Source: Raillietiella orientalis (Eukaryota). Taken from it: 64,000 nucleotides of DNA. Positions within the stretch are counted from its first letter, which is position 1. Every line of letters starts with the position of its first letter. The stretch covers positions 372,001 through 436,000 of the forward strand of contig JAYWIR010000029.1 of the NCBI GenBank assembly GCA_036172245.1, written 5' to 3'. The translations under genes were made by a program, and so were the position numbers. Positions 37,751-52,900 of the stretch are shown here, piece after piece. Under the pieces are notes generated by a model. It was not told the DNA's origin and did not search any database. It was given only the letters and a program-made list of their open reading frames with translations.

Positions 37751-39951
37751 CTATATTTCCTGTAAGATCTTTTTAAGCATATTGACTGCTATTAATCTGC
37801 CAAACTTCACTGATGGATTAATACATTCTTCAATTATAGAATAAAGATTCATGTGTGATGAATGATACTTAATTGTGGATCCATGTAAAAAATTGCCTCG
37901 TGCAGGTGAGAAGATTTCCTAAGGATATTAAGATTACAACACAAATTGACAGAAAATTTGCTTACTAAGCACACAGCATAGAAATTATGATCATTTAATG
38001 GGTGACTGCATAAACTTGTCAATGAGAATCCTAAACAAGCACTTCCACATTTATAGTCATCAACTTCATATAATTCTAAATCTCCTGCAGCAAGCATCAA
38101 AATTTTAGACTAAATTCAAGAGTTAATTTGTGATAAACCTTTTGGATTTAGCTGATCCACAACTACAATGCTGTCCGTATCTACAACATAAACATAATAT
38201 TTTTGTTGAAGCTGTTTCACAGAGAAGTTGTCAAATGAAGGATCTGTTAAATAAAATGAAAAATTCTCTTTTCCTTCTGAAAGAATAGTTACTACTTCCA
38301 AAAGTTGCAAGGCTATCTTTGCTCTAATAATAAAATTGGAATTTCTATACATCTTCAAAGGTTTGCCTTCATAAGTTTCTATCAAATAATCTTTGCACAA
38401 GCCCACATATTTTGGAAATGGCCATGCAGATGAATATGAAAACAACTTACACTGAATTGTGACTAACAAGAAAATACAACTTACTAATAAAAATAATGCC
38501 TCTTTGTTAGAAATCAGATGCACAATTACTTCACTGAATCTGCTCTTACATAAGGCGACTTTTAAATTGGAAAAACTGACTGAATTGTTTCCTGATGTGT
38601 AACTTGGAAGGCAAACATTCTATAAAAATAATAAATACAGAAAAATTCGCACAAGCAAATTTTATACAAAAAAACAAACTTAATGATAACTTTGCAGCGA
38701 TGAGCACTAAATGACAGTCTACGATAATTGTATACACGATTAGATGCTTTGAATTGGCTTTCCAAAGAAGTATTTCTAAAATTTGTTGAAACTTTAATGG
38801 TTGCATATATGCTTATATTACATCTAAAAGAAATTCATCTGTAAAACAAAACATACACACAATAAAATACATTCACGTATATGCATTAATGGAACTTAAA
38901 TCTGAAGGTGCTTTAAGTTATCATACATCTTTACAAATAAAACCAATGCACAGCAAATACACCTATCTTTGCAAACCTTCTCCTATTCATTAACACACAT
39001 TTTTTCCGTTGAACCAAAAGAATTCCAACAAATAAGCAATGCACAACAAATGCACAAACAACTTGCAAAATAAATAGGGTTAGAAAAATAACTTAGATTG
39101 ATGCATACAAAAAGCACAATTAAAGAATGCACTTTGATGGGAAAACATGGGTATACCCAACAAGAAATCATATCCGTAAGCCGATTGTCGTAAGACTAAT
39201 TGTCGTGTCCCCTTAATGGAATCCCTCCATATTCATCATTTCTGATGCCAAAAAAACAACTTGATTTTTTTTGAAAATTTCCGAAATTATTTCAAAAATC
39301 ATACTTTGATACGTTATGAACGGGAATCGATAATCTCACTCTTTTAATCATATTTAATTATAATCATTCTCTAATAATTACCGATCATGTTTCATGAATA
39401 GGTTGACAACAAGAGCCATTTCACAATATACTAACTTTTACCAGCCGCGTGAGCTGAAAATAAATCATTTTTCTTAATCTTATTGAAGCACAGCTTAAGA
39501 CATTTGGGGAATTCAAATAACAAATTCTACTGTCTAGAGCATTTTGTTGTGTTGACTCTGACTTCAAAAGATTGTAAACATATGCGGGAAATGAGTTTAT
39601 GCTGCATTCGAATGAATAATTGCTTCCTACGACACAGCAAGGGTTTTCTGTTGCAGAATTAAAGTCATCTCTCTTGATATACTTCTTGAGAACGACCTCG
39701 CGATTTTGAATGCTTCCGAAGTAGACACCTCTGTAGCTTGAAAAAAAATTTTCCAATATCGATGCTATTACGAATCTATCATCATCAAGGGTACAGTTAA
39801 ACGATATTAAATTGGCGATTTTATGCCAAACATGCCGGATGATGCTGATGGCACATATAGTTAATGAAAAACTGACCACTACCGATGTGAATGTCGATTT
39901 CTTTAATTTCCAGTACCAGAGCAGCTTTTTAAGATTCCTCAATTTTAACAT
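37751..39951 (-). CDS. DIPK2A: Divergent protein kinase domain 2A-like (C3orf58/DIA1 family) type II membrane/secretory kinase, ~387 aa
   Basis: Exons (-) 39951-39442, 38544-38485, 38445-38139, 38084-37966, 37918-37751. N-terminal hydrophobic segment, GVYFG...VVLKK, WPFPKYVGLC, IALQLLE, YLTDPSFDNF, ACLGFS..LC...DHNFYAVC, ECINP..FGR. The exon 2 acceptor is the least certain boundary. Confidence 0.85.
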
Positions 39952-42900
39952 TACAATGCACCTATAATGAATACGACTGCACTGTCTGCAGTGAACTATA
40001 ATCCGTACTTCATCACCGTCATTACATTAAGCTCCAGATGCACCACCACAAGCTAAATTTGGTTGTCCTAAACTTTGCACCCATAAAAAACGGAAACAAG
40101 GGTGTCCAGTGTTTTCACAAGAGTACATCCATCAAGGCATTGCATTGTACATGAACGTCAGGATAAAGATCCACATAGTCGACGTAAAACATTCAGGGTT
40201 AAATACATCTGAATTTTGCAAGTCAGCTTGGTACTAACGGTTTATTTTAGAAAAAAATATTATATGATGAAATTTCAGTAAATCCAAAGTAGGCATGCTT
40301 TAAAGGTTATGTAATCACAAAGTCGGAAAATAATAATGTCTTTTGAAGTCCAAAGCAAACAAAAAGGAATAGCTGAGTGAAAATGGGAGATGGATGGTAA
40401 GTTCGAAACTTCGTGTGAAAAGATTACTACACACAAAACCGTCTGCTGGCAAACAAATTGGACAAAAATTCCCAATATGCGCGTCTACCTATGCGAACCG
40501 TACACATAAATCCTTACATTAATTAATATAACTAAGAAATTCGTTTTATTGTAAGAATACAATGCTAATCTGGAAGCATGACATTTGAAATTTTGAAAAT
40601 AAGATGAAATATTATTGAAAGCATTTACCGAGTACTTTTTCATGAAATTACATCATGAATTTTTTTTTGAAAATTCCCTGTGCCTTGAAAATTTATCATA
40701 AGAAAGAACTCAAGCTGCATTTTTATTAACAATAACACTGAAAGCAAATAAATATCGCAGGCTGCAGATATGACAAATTCATGGAAAAGTTTTAAAATTC
40801 CTAGGCATTATTAATTAAGACTTAGGCATATGTGTGAGTTTTGTAAAGAAAAACCGGATGAAATCCTTTATATATCAGATTTATTTGCTCGTTTTATTAC
40901 ATTTGTTCTTTCAAAAAAATCAGCAGTTTTTCTTTTGTTCTTTTCTTCTCCACAAGAGATAACCGAAAAGGATTTCCCACAATTTATGTTATCGAAAACT
41001 GGAGGGGGAAAAAAAAAACTTTGGAAGATTGATTTGGAAGATTTCTTGTTCACACACGGATTCATATCCATGATTCCTGTTTCCCATGATGCTAACCTTT
41101 AAAATGTTGGTCACTTTGAAAATGGAAAGTCGAACTTCCAGTTTAACTTTGAAATATTGTGTATTATTAACTTATTAGCTAAAGGCCATAACTGTTCTAT
41201 GAGTGTAAGTAATTTTAAAATATGAAACAAAAAACAAGAACCTCCAAACATGAGGTGTAAAATAAAAGTATTCTGTTGATGATAAAAGGACTGCAAGAAA
41301 ATGCGATCACCAAGCAGAGATCGAGGAACACATTGCATGGAGTACATTTGAAAGACACATAGTCAAAAACATCGTAATCAGTGGGTTTCGTGATAATCGT
41401 ACCATATCAGAGATCCTGAAGAAGTACGATTTCGACTGATAGAAAACCATATCAATAATACATATAGCAGTTCTTTGTTATCGTTTTGTTTCAAAAGATC
41501 TCTTTAGAACTTCACTTGAGTAATGCCAACTGTTCAAGTTTATGATTTCAGATCGTAAAGATACAACAAATTTCAAGTATGCTTTTGTCAAAATTAACAC
41601 AGTACACAATAAATGGAAAATGAAAACAAACATCATGATAAAAGTCATAGGAAGCGAATCCAAATGGAATAAGATTGCTGGAATGTAAGCTTCATAGGAC
41701 ATGGAAAATATGTTTCAAAAATATTCAATTCAATTTCAATTTGATAACGGAAAAATCCTAATATGAGAATATTCGGCTAGAGAGCACTTGCGAACAAAAG
41801 TGAAGACTCTTCATGTTTCAAAACTTATTGAAAACACTTGAAATCACGACACTATATGTAATTCAAGATCAGAAAGTTGGATGAGCGTTGGTAACTGCAA
41901 AAGCATTTTCATCAATTAGTACCCCGTGGATCTAATGGAAAGGACTCTTACCGTAAATTAAATTTATAGTATCATCATATAAGCAAACGAATAATGAAAG
42001 AGGAAACCCGAGAGAATATAAGAATTTTATTCTAATACTCCAACACAGGTTCAACAATTACAAGTAAACATGAAATTACCAGGATAACAACCGGATCATT
42101 ATAGTGGTAGAATTCATGAATGTGAAAATAATCGAAAACTAAAACACAGATCATTTTAGAATGATGAAATTATTTGGCGCTATTGAATAATCGTAATGGT
42201 CTGGCCATTTTGTAGCTAAACATACTAGGTTGCTGAATGAGTCCATTATTTTATAGGAAAACACTGTATGAATCCATAGTGTCACAGACTTCGAGGAGTG
42301 ACAGAAAGCCACTAGAGTTCCAGCATAGATTACTAGGAAGAACAACATGTAGCCAACAAAAGTTGATTTATTCAATAGAAGCTTGCAATCAGCAATGAAT
42401 AACAAAGGTCAAAATCGATCATTTATATGATTAGGAGCGAATACCCAAGCACAATTAATGCAGAAGACAATTTTGCATTATCCACTTTTGCGTTTCCTTA
42501 AAAAAGAATTTTAACTTGCACAAAAAGTTCTTGTAGGTTTTCATTACATTTAGAGCAGAAACATAATACTTGAAATTTAATTTCATAAGGTGTGGTTTTG
42601 TAATTGTCATTCTATGCAAACCTCCTTTGCAGACCTTCAAGACTTGTGCAAAAAAAAAAAAAAAAAAAAACAAATATTTTGTTATCTATGCGAATCCAAT
42701 TAAGGTATTATTGAAAGATCATTGCTATTTTCGCCCGCAGACCTAGCAGGCAAAAATAGCTAATTGGGCAAAATGTGAAACGGGAAAAAAAGTTGATTCG
42801 AATAACTTAATTAAAAGGGTAAGAAAGCTCACGCTTCATTATACTGTTTTTCCTTTTCATTGCTTTAGATCATCATCACTGAAAGTCCATAGGCTTCTGT

Positions 42901-45900
42901 TTGTGTGCGGAAGACAGAATACTTATCGAATGAGAATGAATACACGAATGCATTTGTCATCACAAAAGTATTCATACTACCATAAATCATGTACATTAAA
43001 ACACCATCAGCTTCAAAGTTTCGACAAAGGGGCAAGAGAAAACGAGGTCTTAATGATGAAAATCAAGGTAAGACTCAAAGTATTCAAGAATTGGAAGACT
43101 CCGAATGATAATGGAAGAATCCTATGGACGTGATCGTGCTTAGGATTCCATGATGAAACCCCAAAGAAGAATCGTACTGTGGCTGTGCGGGCGCAGAAGT
43201 CAAAGATACGCATCCTACCCTTCTGAGAGAACAATATTTTTTCGGGATTTCAAAATGCGTTTTTTCTGTGGAAGTTTGCCAAGTTGACCTATATATCTTC
43301 AACATGTATTCCACGTGTTTACTGGGAGTCTTTTTCAGGACTTTTTTTTTTTTGTTTGTTTGTTTGTTGCCTTGTCGACGTCGAAATGCAGTTCAAATCA
43401 CTGAGCAAACTTCAACGAATCTGGGATCATGCATTGCGAATCTAGTCATAATTACAAACTTTTCTCTCTACTTAATTGTGTTTTGCAGACGCCAGACAGC
43501 AAGCACTGTTTTTTGTTTAGTCAAAACAACTAATACACGTGCAAGACCTGCCAACTGACTTATTACTACTCATAACGACGTGCCCCCTTCCTGTTTTTTC
43601 GTAAACAGTGCAACTTTCCTCATAAACACTGAAAGAATCCTAACATTCCCCATCCGTTGGCCTATCTTAGTTTTCACACTCGAATTCATCTTAAAGTCCA
43701 AATTCTCAGTCCAGTTATTTTCAAGATTTTCATTGGAGTTATAAAAATCTCCTCACTACTGCACTTTCCTTGCTTATTGAATTCAGTTGAAATGAAAATT
43801 ACGGCTGCATTTCGGCACAATAGGAGTTCTGGATGCTGTTGTTGCTTTATTGAATTACTGCAATGTATGAATACAGGAAATTAAGTAGGGCTTCATGCGA
43901 CAGAAGCAGAAAAAGATAAGTTCTGCTCTATCGCTTGTAGATTGAAATGCAATTATTGTACAACGAAATTTTCAAAGAGGGTACAGTATAGAGTCAGACA
44001 TCTTCCACGAGACTACAAATTCCATAATGCTAGTTGTGTGCACATATTCAGAGAGTGTCAGTGCAATGCTCTATACAGGCATGAGCAGAAAAGAAAATTC
44101 ATGTGGGTATTAAGCGATTGCTAACACAAATTGTGCCATACAGAGCATATTCTCGATAAATTGATTCAAATAAATTTAGATGTCTGACTATAACGAAAGA
44201 CTGTAATTCAAATCTTCAAGACAGCACGATGGTTTTATGGTTACCTAATTCTTTCTTGAATTTTAACAATAAAAGGAAATACAGCATCACTAATGCAGAT
44301 GTGTTTCGAAACTGATTTTATGCATACTGCATGCAAGATAAATGTGTTCAGTATACATACAATTTATCTTGTGTTGGAAAAAGCATTGATAGCTCACAGA
44401 AAATTGAACTAAAATCTTTAGCAATTTTTGTAGCTTCCATAAACAAAGGGATTATATAAAAATGAAAACCGAGCCTGTTGTTTCCACGAGCATGCATCAA
44501 CACGAGTTCAAAGTCACCTGCGAAGATCATGCCGTGCCTCAGACCCTGTTGAGACTTTCTACAAGTGTTGCTTATCGTGTCAATAGTACTTTGGGAGATT
44601 TAGAAACGAATCTTTCCAAAATTTAGCTGCCAAGGATAATAAGAAAAAATGTATATGTCTCTCCAGAAAGAAATTTTATAGCTCCAAGATCTTGCAAGAA
44701 ATCTGATAAACTATTGACCCAAACTGGAACTTATATTTGAATATATCGGCGTTGGAAATGTGCAACACTGTTACGTTAACTTTCATTAATGAATTAAATT
44801 AATAAGGATTTGTTGAACACTGCCTTCACCTTTAGTATTTGATGTCAGAACGTACCTTTCTCTAATCAGTTGAAAGCATCACTGTAACTTTTAAAATAAC
44901 ACTGTGATTTGGGGCTGTATCAAATTTCCCATAAAACTTTTTGCGAGCACTCTGCCTAGTAACTGAAGACTTCACATTCAAACTGAATTCAGACATGAAT
45001 GTTGTTTCTCTCATTCCTTGCGAGTGTTTCCATTTGATTTGCTATTCCACTATTCATTTTCATTATTTCCTTCTATTTGTTCTAGTGAAAGTTTGCCGTT
45101 TGCAAATTCAGTCGTTTTCGAGATCCGCTTCTCCACAATGCGCATGCTTCAATTCCATATAAGGCATATGTGTCTAGCATGGAATGCTATAAAGTCCCAT
45201 GTGTGTTTGCTTACTCATATGATTTCCAGGCTCTGGTTCTTGGTACCTGAAAGAACATTTGTGAAATAAATATCTTTTTTTTCCTTTAGTTTTTGAAATT
45301 AGCAGGTCACGTTTCGTTTTATCAATTTTAAAATGATCATTCAAAACGGTAAGTTTTCTCAATTAATTTTTTTTTTGCACCACCTTCCTTTCCGTTTAGT
45401 AGAGATCTTTCGTTTTTAGAACTTATCTTAAGGAGGAGGATGCACAGGCCAAATTTCATGGCATCACGGCAGAACCTTCAGTGAAAAAGCCAAACGTTTA
45501 CTACAATGAATTTCGCTGTTTTTATTTCTTCAAGAACTGTGTATGCTATGCCTTATAATTATGAATTTGTTGCATATGTGAAATTTTATATGTGAAACCC
45601 ATCGGCATCTTCTAGAGATTCACGATCTTCCGTTCATTTCCGTTTTCGCACACACTTGCCTTCAATTTTCAAAGCAACTTACGAGTTTTTGCAGATTGCA
45701 AACGACATGCGTTTCAGTTTTTCGCAGAAAAGTCGAAATTTGGAGAACGAGCAACTTAAACTGTGATCGCTGCTACTGAGGATGAAACCGAAGTCTTTTT
45801 ACTCTCATGCAATACTCATCATTTAATATTCATGCAACTTTCCCGGTGCTTGCAAAGCAACAGAAATATTGTTAACAAGCATCAAATGGAGCATCGCGTC

Positions 45901-48900
45901 TAGTGGTGAGGCTTCAGCCGTACGACTTTTTCTCATTACTTTTATTTTTGGAATTCGTTTTTTTTTTTTTTTTGAGAAAAAAATACCGGCTTCAAAATTT
46001 ATAGGGAGAGAAAATACAAAAATTTCAAATTCAATATCTCGTGTTTTCAATAAAACATGGGCACCTAGGACTGTTCAGGGGTTCAATTAAGCATGGGAAG
46101 ACAATCATACTTCCTGAAACACAAAGATTATGTTAATTACAAAACAAGTAATTAATGGAGGAAATATTGCTTAGCTCAAAAGGATGATTTAGTTTTAGTT
46201 GCCATATTCAACAAAAACGGAATAACGCACGACCTACGCACCTCACATTGAAGTTTCCAGACAAACAGCTGTTTGAAATTCTGAGCTAAAAAATTTGATT
46301 GCTTAGTTATTAGATATTGCAAACAGTTTTAATAATCCAAGAACTTGAAAAAGCGGTAGCTGACTTGCAAAGTGTAAGGCGATTCTCTTACCTATCGATG
46401 CAATATAAAATTAATAAATAATTAACACGGAGGATGAACTTTTTTATGTTCTGTAATTATCAAATTGCAAATAAATTATGGAAGCAAAAGAAGCTCTTCA
46501 GCTGGAGTACTGAGTGTGATTATTGATGTGATATGAATTTATTTCCTTTTTTTCAATATAAAAATTTGAGTCATGTTGAAAATAACTAATTAACATCCAA
46601 TATTAGCAAACTATAACAAGGATTTAGAAAGTTTTGAGGTTTTCAATGTGCAATTTTATGCATAGCATTAGGTTGGATGTAACTTCTCGATGATGAACAA
46701 GATTTATTGGTCTAGAGTTAGAAGATTATAATAAATGTAAACCTTTGTAAATAAATTTAATTGAAACTTCCTATTCAATTCATGATTAGGAAGCAATTAT
46801 CAGTTGCAATTATGATTACTTAATTACATGCATGATAAATATATAGACTTAGAGAGAAATTATGTAAGTAAAAGTTTCTCCGGAAAAAAAACCGATACAT
46901 TTGTATTTATTGAAGGTTTTAGAAAATTCGTTTATCTGCTTTTGTAGTGATTCATTCCAAAAACCAAAGAAGAAACTGGTATTTCTCCAGAGATAACAGT
47001 GGGGCATAGGGATGTTTGATGTGGTACGAATTTCCTCAAGTTTTGAAATCTGATAATGAGGGGGTCTACAGAAAAGGAAGATTCATTTCAACTATGATTA
47101 AACAACTCAAACTCAAAGGAACATATCAAAATTTGTTTATACTTCTATCGCTGGCAGACAAGTCAGAATCTTCATAGGTAGATATTTTTCCAATGTCTTG
47201 GAAAAAATCTGTTACTGAATTTCCAATCGCCCAACTTAAATTTTTGCATATTTGTATACAAAGCTTCCGCTTCTGTCATGGAAGTTCTATCTCCTTACTC
47301 TTAGCTTGAGCAGTATTTTGAAATCTTACATCTATGCTTTTCATGTCATAAACCTTTAGAAGCATCATCATTAATTTTCATTTCTAAGCATTTGATATCT
47401 AAATTGTTTTGTTAATCTCATTTGTTACTGTAGCTATTTTTTTTAACTGGCTGAAAGAGTTTCGAGACTTTTTTGGTTTGAGGATTCTCGACATAGGTAA
47501 TTTTCGTGGTCATTCTTTCCCCCTATTTTCTTTTTATGTCTGTTAATGCAAACTGAATCACGATGATACTCTAAATTCAGATTAAATAATCAATTTAGAT
47601 AATGATTTAGATGATAATCTATTGATTTTAGTATGTGTACAATCTAAATGTGCTTTGAAGACAGGTATACTATACATGAAAGATATAAGAGAAGCAATGA
47701 TACGATCATTTTGGGTGCCTTTTCATTTCTGAAGCCAAATTTTTAAATTGTAAAATAAAAGAAAGGCAACTGTTATGTTGTTGTGATGCTAATAAATATA
47801 TACGTTTGATTCAATACCATTCAACATGTATAGAATCGAAAGCATGGAAAGATTTGAAATGAGCTCCATTTGGTTGAATACGCCCTTTGTCCTTAGTAAT
47901 GTCCTTATTTGTTGGAATTCTTTAAAACGAATCTCAACCCTGAAATGTCCCTTACACACGAGCGAGACTGTTACCAGGTGCACTTGATACCTATTTCTAA
48001 GTAAAATTCCGATTTTTTATTTCAGCTGCAAAATAAAAATAAGATCAAAAATGTTGTTTAGTGCTCGTGGCATATACGTTTGTTTCATGTATTGCTGGAC
48101 AGCATGCTAAACCATTACCCCAATAAATTCCTCATGGGTGAAAATCTTGTTCTCTAAGTAAAATAATCTAGGTAATGAAATAAATGAAATGGAGAAGCAG
48201 CTCACAAAAGAATCACAACGAGTCCACGACCGCAAATATATATAACATGAAATTTAAGAGTTGAGGATTACAGAGTTGCTGTAGTTGGGAGTAGGTTTTT
48301 GTCCCTGAGTATCTAAGTATGTCAGCAAAATACAGCTTGCCAAAAGAATTCAACCGCTATGCTGATGCTATTCAGGATTCGAAGACACAAAAGGTGTAAT
48401 ATCGAAAAGTGTACCACGAATTAAATCTAATAATCCCGCTGGAGGATGTTCTTTATTAGGTGTCTCAGGTTTTTGGAATGTTTGAGCATCATGGTCTTTG
48501 GAATAATTTTTTTTTCTAAATTATATCTACTTCATATCCAATGAATACTTCATTATTGAGTCATTGCGATTTTATAGAGCGATTGTTGATTTATTTATTG
48601 GAAACTTAAGAATAATAATAATTATGAAGAATAGATCTTGAAAAACATTGATAAGGTATACGTTCAAATCAAAAACTCCTCTCGTAAAATATTTGTATTG
48701 GCGAAAAAATAATATAACTTTTGCAAATGCAGTAAAGAAACTTTAGAAGCATTGCTGATTTACCATATTGTGTAAAAAATGAACTGTTTCTTGCTAAACT
48801 AATATTCTTGAATTGTATGCAGTTATGTGGCATAGAGTGTAATGTTAATAAATATTCCAGCATTACTATTTACTTCTGTAATATTTTAATTTTTCTATAT

Positions 48901-49952
48901 CTTCGACAAAGTTCATAATGGCTTATGTTTATGGTATTTATGTAAAGTATACATTTAAAATTCACTATGGAGAAAACAGATTTACCAAAAATACGCCGCT
49001 ACTCATAATGCAAACCTCTTAAAAGTCGAACTGGGCTAAAATATATTTTTTCATGTGGAACTTCACACTGGGCAAGTCCGGATTGCAAAAATTTCAAATC
49101 ACAATCATTTTTCATTTTTTGGGGAGTAATCGCAGATGTGAATTAACAGGGCATTTCAACCTTAGTATGAAAGAAAAAAAAAAAAAAAAAAAAAAGCGTG
49201 CAGCGTGGAAATAAGATTTCATCAGCATCCTTCTAATAATTTTTTTCTCCCTGAATATTCCTTAAAGGAAAAGCTCAATTGTTTGCCAGCAGCGTGCATG
49301 CCATAAGCGCCGCAATTCGTATTGTGTTCCATTGCGTTCGCAATGCAAACGAATTTTCATCACATTACAATTCCAGAATTTATTTACGTTCGTCACGATC
49401 GTCAAATAAGCCCCTTACCAAGTAATTTCCCGTTTGATTATTGTGTACAGCCCCGAAATGCATTCATCCTTGCGATATACTAAAGATAGGAAGATGTTGC
49501 AAACTGTAAATGTGATTACAGTATTTGGTTTTGAAGATGAAAACTGTAGCATCTGTTATAACTATCCTACCTTCTCACATATGTTAACTCTCAACGCCAC
49601 GTGCTATGTTCTTCAAATTGATTGGCTTAACTCCGTATCTCGCATTATACAATTCGTTGTCTGACAGAAGGAGCCTTCTTCGGGGGAACATAGGTTTTGA
49701 TTTCCTTGTTTTTCTGTACGAAGAATTCGTTGCTGTACTGTTTTCGTTTTTGGTGTGGTGAATCATTTGACAGTCAGTACGAGATGCTTTGTAATTCACG
49801 CATGTTTTTGTAAAGCTGAATGCATCTCTGATCACAAGTAAATGATTTCATTGATTGCTTCTTACATGCTTTTCGTGCTCACCAGGTAAGTAAGGGAAAA
49901 ATCATTCAGAATCTGAATCTTGTATTTGATTTGATCTTAGAAGTAACTGAAA

Positions 49953-52900
49953 ATGATGTTGATGCCAGGAAATTCTTTGTCTTCCTCACTGAGTACAACG
50001 TCGACCTCTGCCAGTTGTATACCGACAGAAGGGCATCCACTTATACAAAAAGATACGACATTTACGAAGATATTTGTTGGTGGCTTACCTTACCACACAA
50101 CAGATAAAAGTCTACGTGAACACTTCGAAAGATACGGAGAAATAGAAGAAGCAGTTGTAATAACTGACAGACAAACAGGCAAAAGCCGAGGTTATGGATT
50201 TGTAAGTCTAAATGATGCAATTATCAGAATTTCGAACTCGAGATAAACAATCATTTTCATTCGAGTTCTAAGAAATGTCGTGGATAATTCCAAAAGTTCC
50301 TCATTCTGTGAATATTTTAATGACTTGTAACCGTACGAGATTCTAATCAGACGATCTTTCAGATGAATCATTCTCTAATTTGCATGTGCATTTTTCGTTT
50401 AGATGGGTTTCGTACCGCAAAGCGCATGTATCTTTTTATTTCGCTTGAAATAGGTACATATGGGTGCAACAGATAGCTTTTTAGGCGAGGGACGCAGAAT
50501 TGTTTTAGGGTACGAAAGTTGCACACATCACGTTTTTTTTTTTTTTTCCGCCTTGGAAGATTGCTTGTTTCGTCCATATGTTCGTAATGAAGAACAGATT
50601 TTGGGGAACATTCTTCTGTAAATTCGTTCAGCTCAGAAATCGAGTTTGTTTGTTTGTTTTTGTTTTTATCCCCGAACTGATCTTGGGAGTTTCTCGTCGA
50701 ATTTAGAAAAATTTATTCTCGATTCTGTAATTATTTGCGCTAATGCAGATAAGAGTGCTTTCCCGAATAACTTCACCTTTCCGAAACGGTCTCGGAAAGC
50801 TTCCGAACCCAACTTTTTCGAATATCATCAGCATGAATGTAACTTTCGTTATTTGCATTAGTATAACCAGCACGCAGTAATTACTGCAAACGAACATTTT
50901 TATATTTCAGTGAAAGCAATTTAAATGCTATTTCCTCATTGGTTCACTAATCCGGAAATTTGCGCATTTCCTGGTGTTTTAGAATTTTCCGGGTCATGTT
51001 TATAAACAGGGCAGGGCCATAAGAACTCCGGAGTTATAAATAGTACCATGACGATTCTCAGAGAGAAAATACATTGTACAGTCCAATTTTTCTCACCCTG
51101 CCAATATTCCTTTCTTGAACTTTAATCCTCCGTCCCTAACGTTTCTTAAAATAAAAACCTCTCCACCATCCCTGTAACAAAATGCGGATCCTTACCGCTA
51201 ATGACTTGATTCCCTTGGTTTCATAATTGAACACACAAGTACGTGTTCCCTACCTGGAGACCAAGTACTTCCATTTAGAAACGTGGAAACTCTGCACGTT
51301 TACCGAGTTACTCGCTATTTCTGTTTTGCATACGTAATCGCATTGGCTTCCCATGTCTTCGCACCGTTTCCAAATTCAGGAGTCGTCCAAGGATAAAATG
51401 CCACCGTGTGGTGTCATCCACTCTAAGAAAACTTCTCGAAAGAAAGGCTCAAAATTTATCCGGGAATCGAATTCATGCATTGGTTGCATCCCATGCTTTC
51501 AGCACTTTGTAATATGATACGCGTATTGGGTCAATGACAAAGCGGGATGAAAATCGTTCATGAGATTGGGATGTGCGTTAGAATCATCAAAACTTTTAGG
51601 CAGTCTCTTTTAGTAATCAGCACGGCTACCTCCGTTCTTTGGTTTTTTTTTGCCATCCTTCGAATCCATTCGAGTCTGGGAAATTTTTCCCGATGATTTA
51701 AAACGATCGTCCACGTAATTCTGGTGAATATTATAAGGTATTATTTGCGGAAAGATTAGCTCAGTCATCTTTCGTTCGTTCTCTTCGTATGTGTGAGAAA
51801 AAAAAAAAATCTCGTTGTGGGAGTCCATTTTTCTTCCTGGAAACCGCTAGTTCCTCTGTTCGTAAATAATAAATAAGGAAGCATTACCGAAGCAAGGGTA
51901 AACTACTTTGAGAAACTATAAAAGAGTCTTTCATCAACTGTTATTATTCTCGAACTGAAAGTCGGCCGTTTTTTTTTTTTTTTTTATGGACGCAAGGACT
52001 TGGGCGCGTAAGAAATTTCGTTTTTTTTTTTTTTTTCCTTTCCGTTCCCTTCACAGTTCATCCCGAGATGCCGAACTTTTTCCGATATCTTATACATCGT
52101 GCATTTGTGGACCTGGGCTGCGTATGCTCTGTCGATGATTTACAATCTTATCACTCGTTGTTTTCGGTTTTTTTGCCGATCCTGGCTGCCCCTCTCTGCT
52201 GCCGTTTTTGCTCGCAGTGCGGCGAGCAGAATAAAATCAGAGCATATGTTTCGGGAGTTTGCTTGCAAAACTTCTACGCGTTGCAAAACGTTTCTTGTGG
52301 AACCTCAAAGCAGCTGTGTGAGGTGTGAATCCAAATAGTAAGCGCCAGGAGACCTGCAAACAGGAATGATCATTCCAAAGTACAAAACATGATTCACTAG
52401 GTGTGCTTCCACATCCAGGTAGTCGTGCAGCAGCTCGAAAAAGGCACAGTATTTCATGAAATGGAACCGAATTCATGACATGGTGAAATCGCGCTACATT
52501 TTCGAGTGCAAGAACTTCATTTTTCATGTTTTCCTTCACTATGCAGTACTTATAAGACTGTCGTGAATTTTGTTTTGTTTGCTACTCCATGCGTTCCTTC
52601 GTAATGGTTTCTGTTCCCCTCTGTCCGCAAACTCGAATCGCCAAAGTCTTCAGTTTAAAATGAATTGGATAGCTGCAAACGAACGGAACAAACTCTTGTG
52701 TGCTGCAGTCTATCGTTTTCGAATGCCTTTTTCCTGCTTCCTTTTTGTTTCTGTAGTGTCCATTTCAACTTGAAGGCATTTCGAAGAAGTCTAGGGAAAA
52801 AAGTCCCGTTACGGATCGAAAAGTATTGGTTGTATTTCGAATCCACATGAGTTGCTACTTTCACGTGTGCAATGTCCATGCAACCTCATAGATTATCGTC

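Noticed and set aside
40000..49800. Many short ORFs between DIPK2A and RBM24, including a splice-donor-like site near 43067
   Set aside because: No recognisable domains or consistent exon chain; likely intergenic or UTR sequence.
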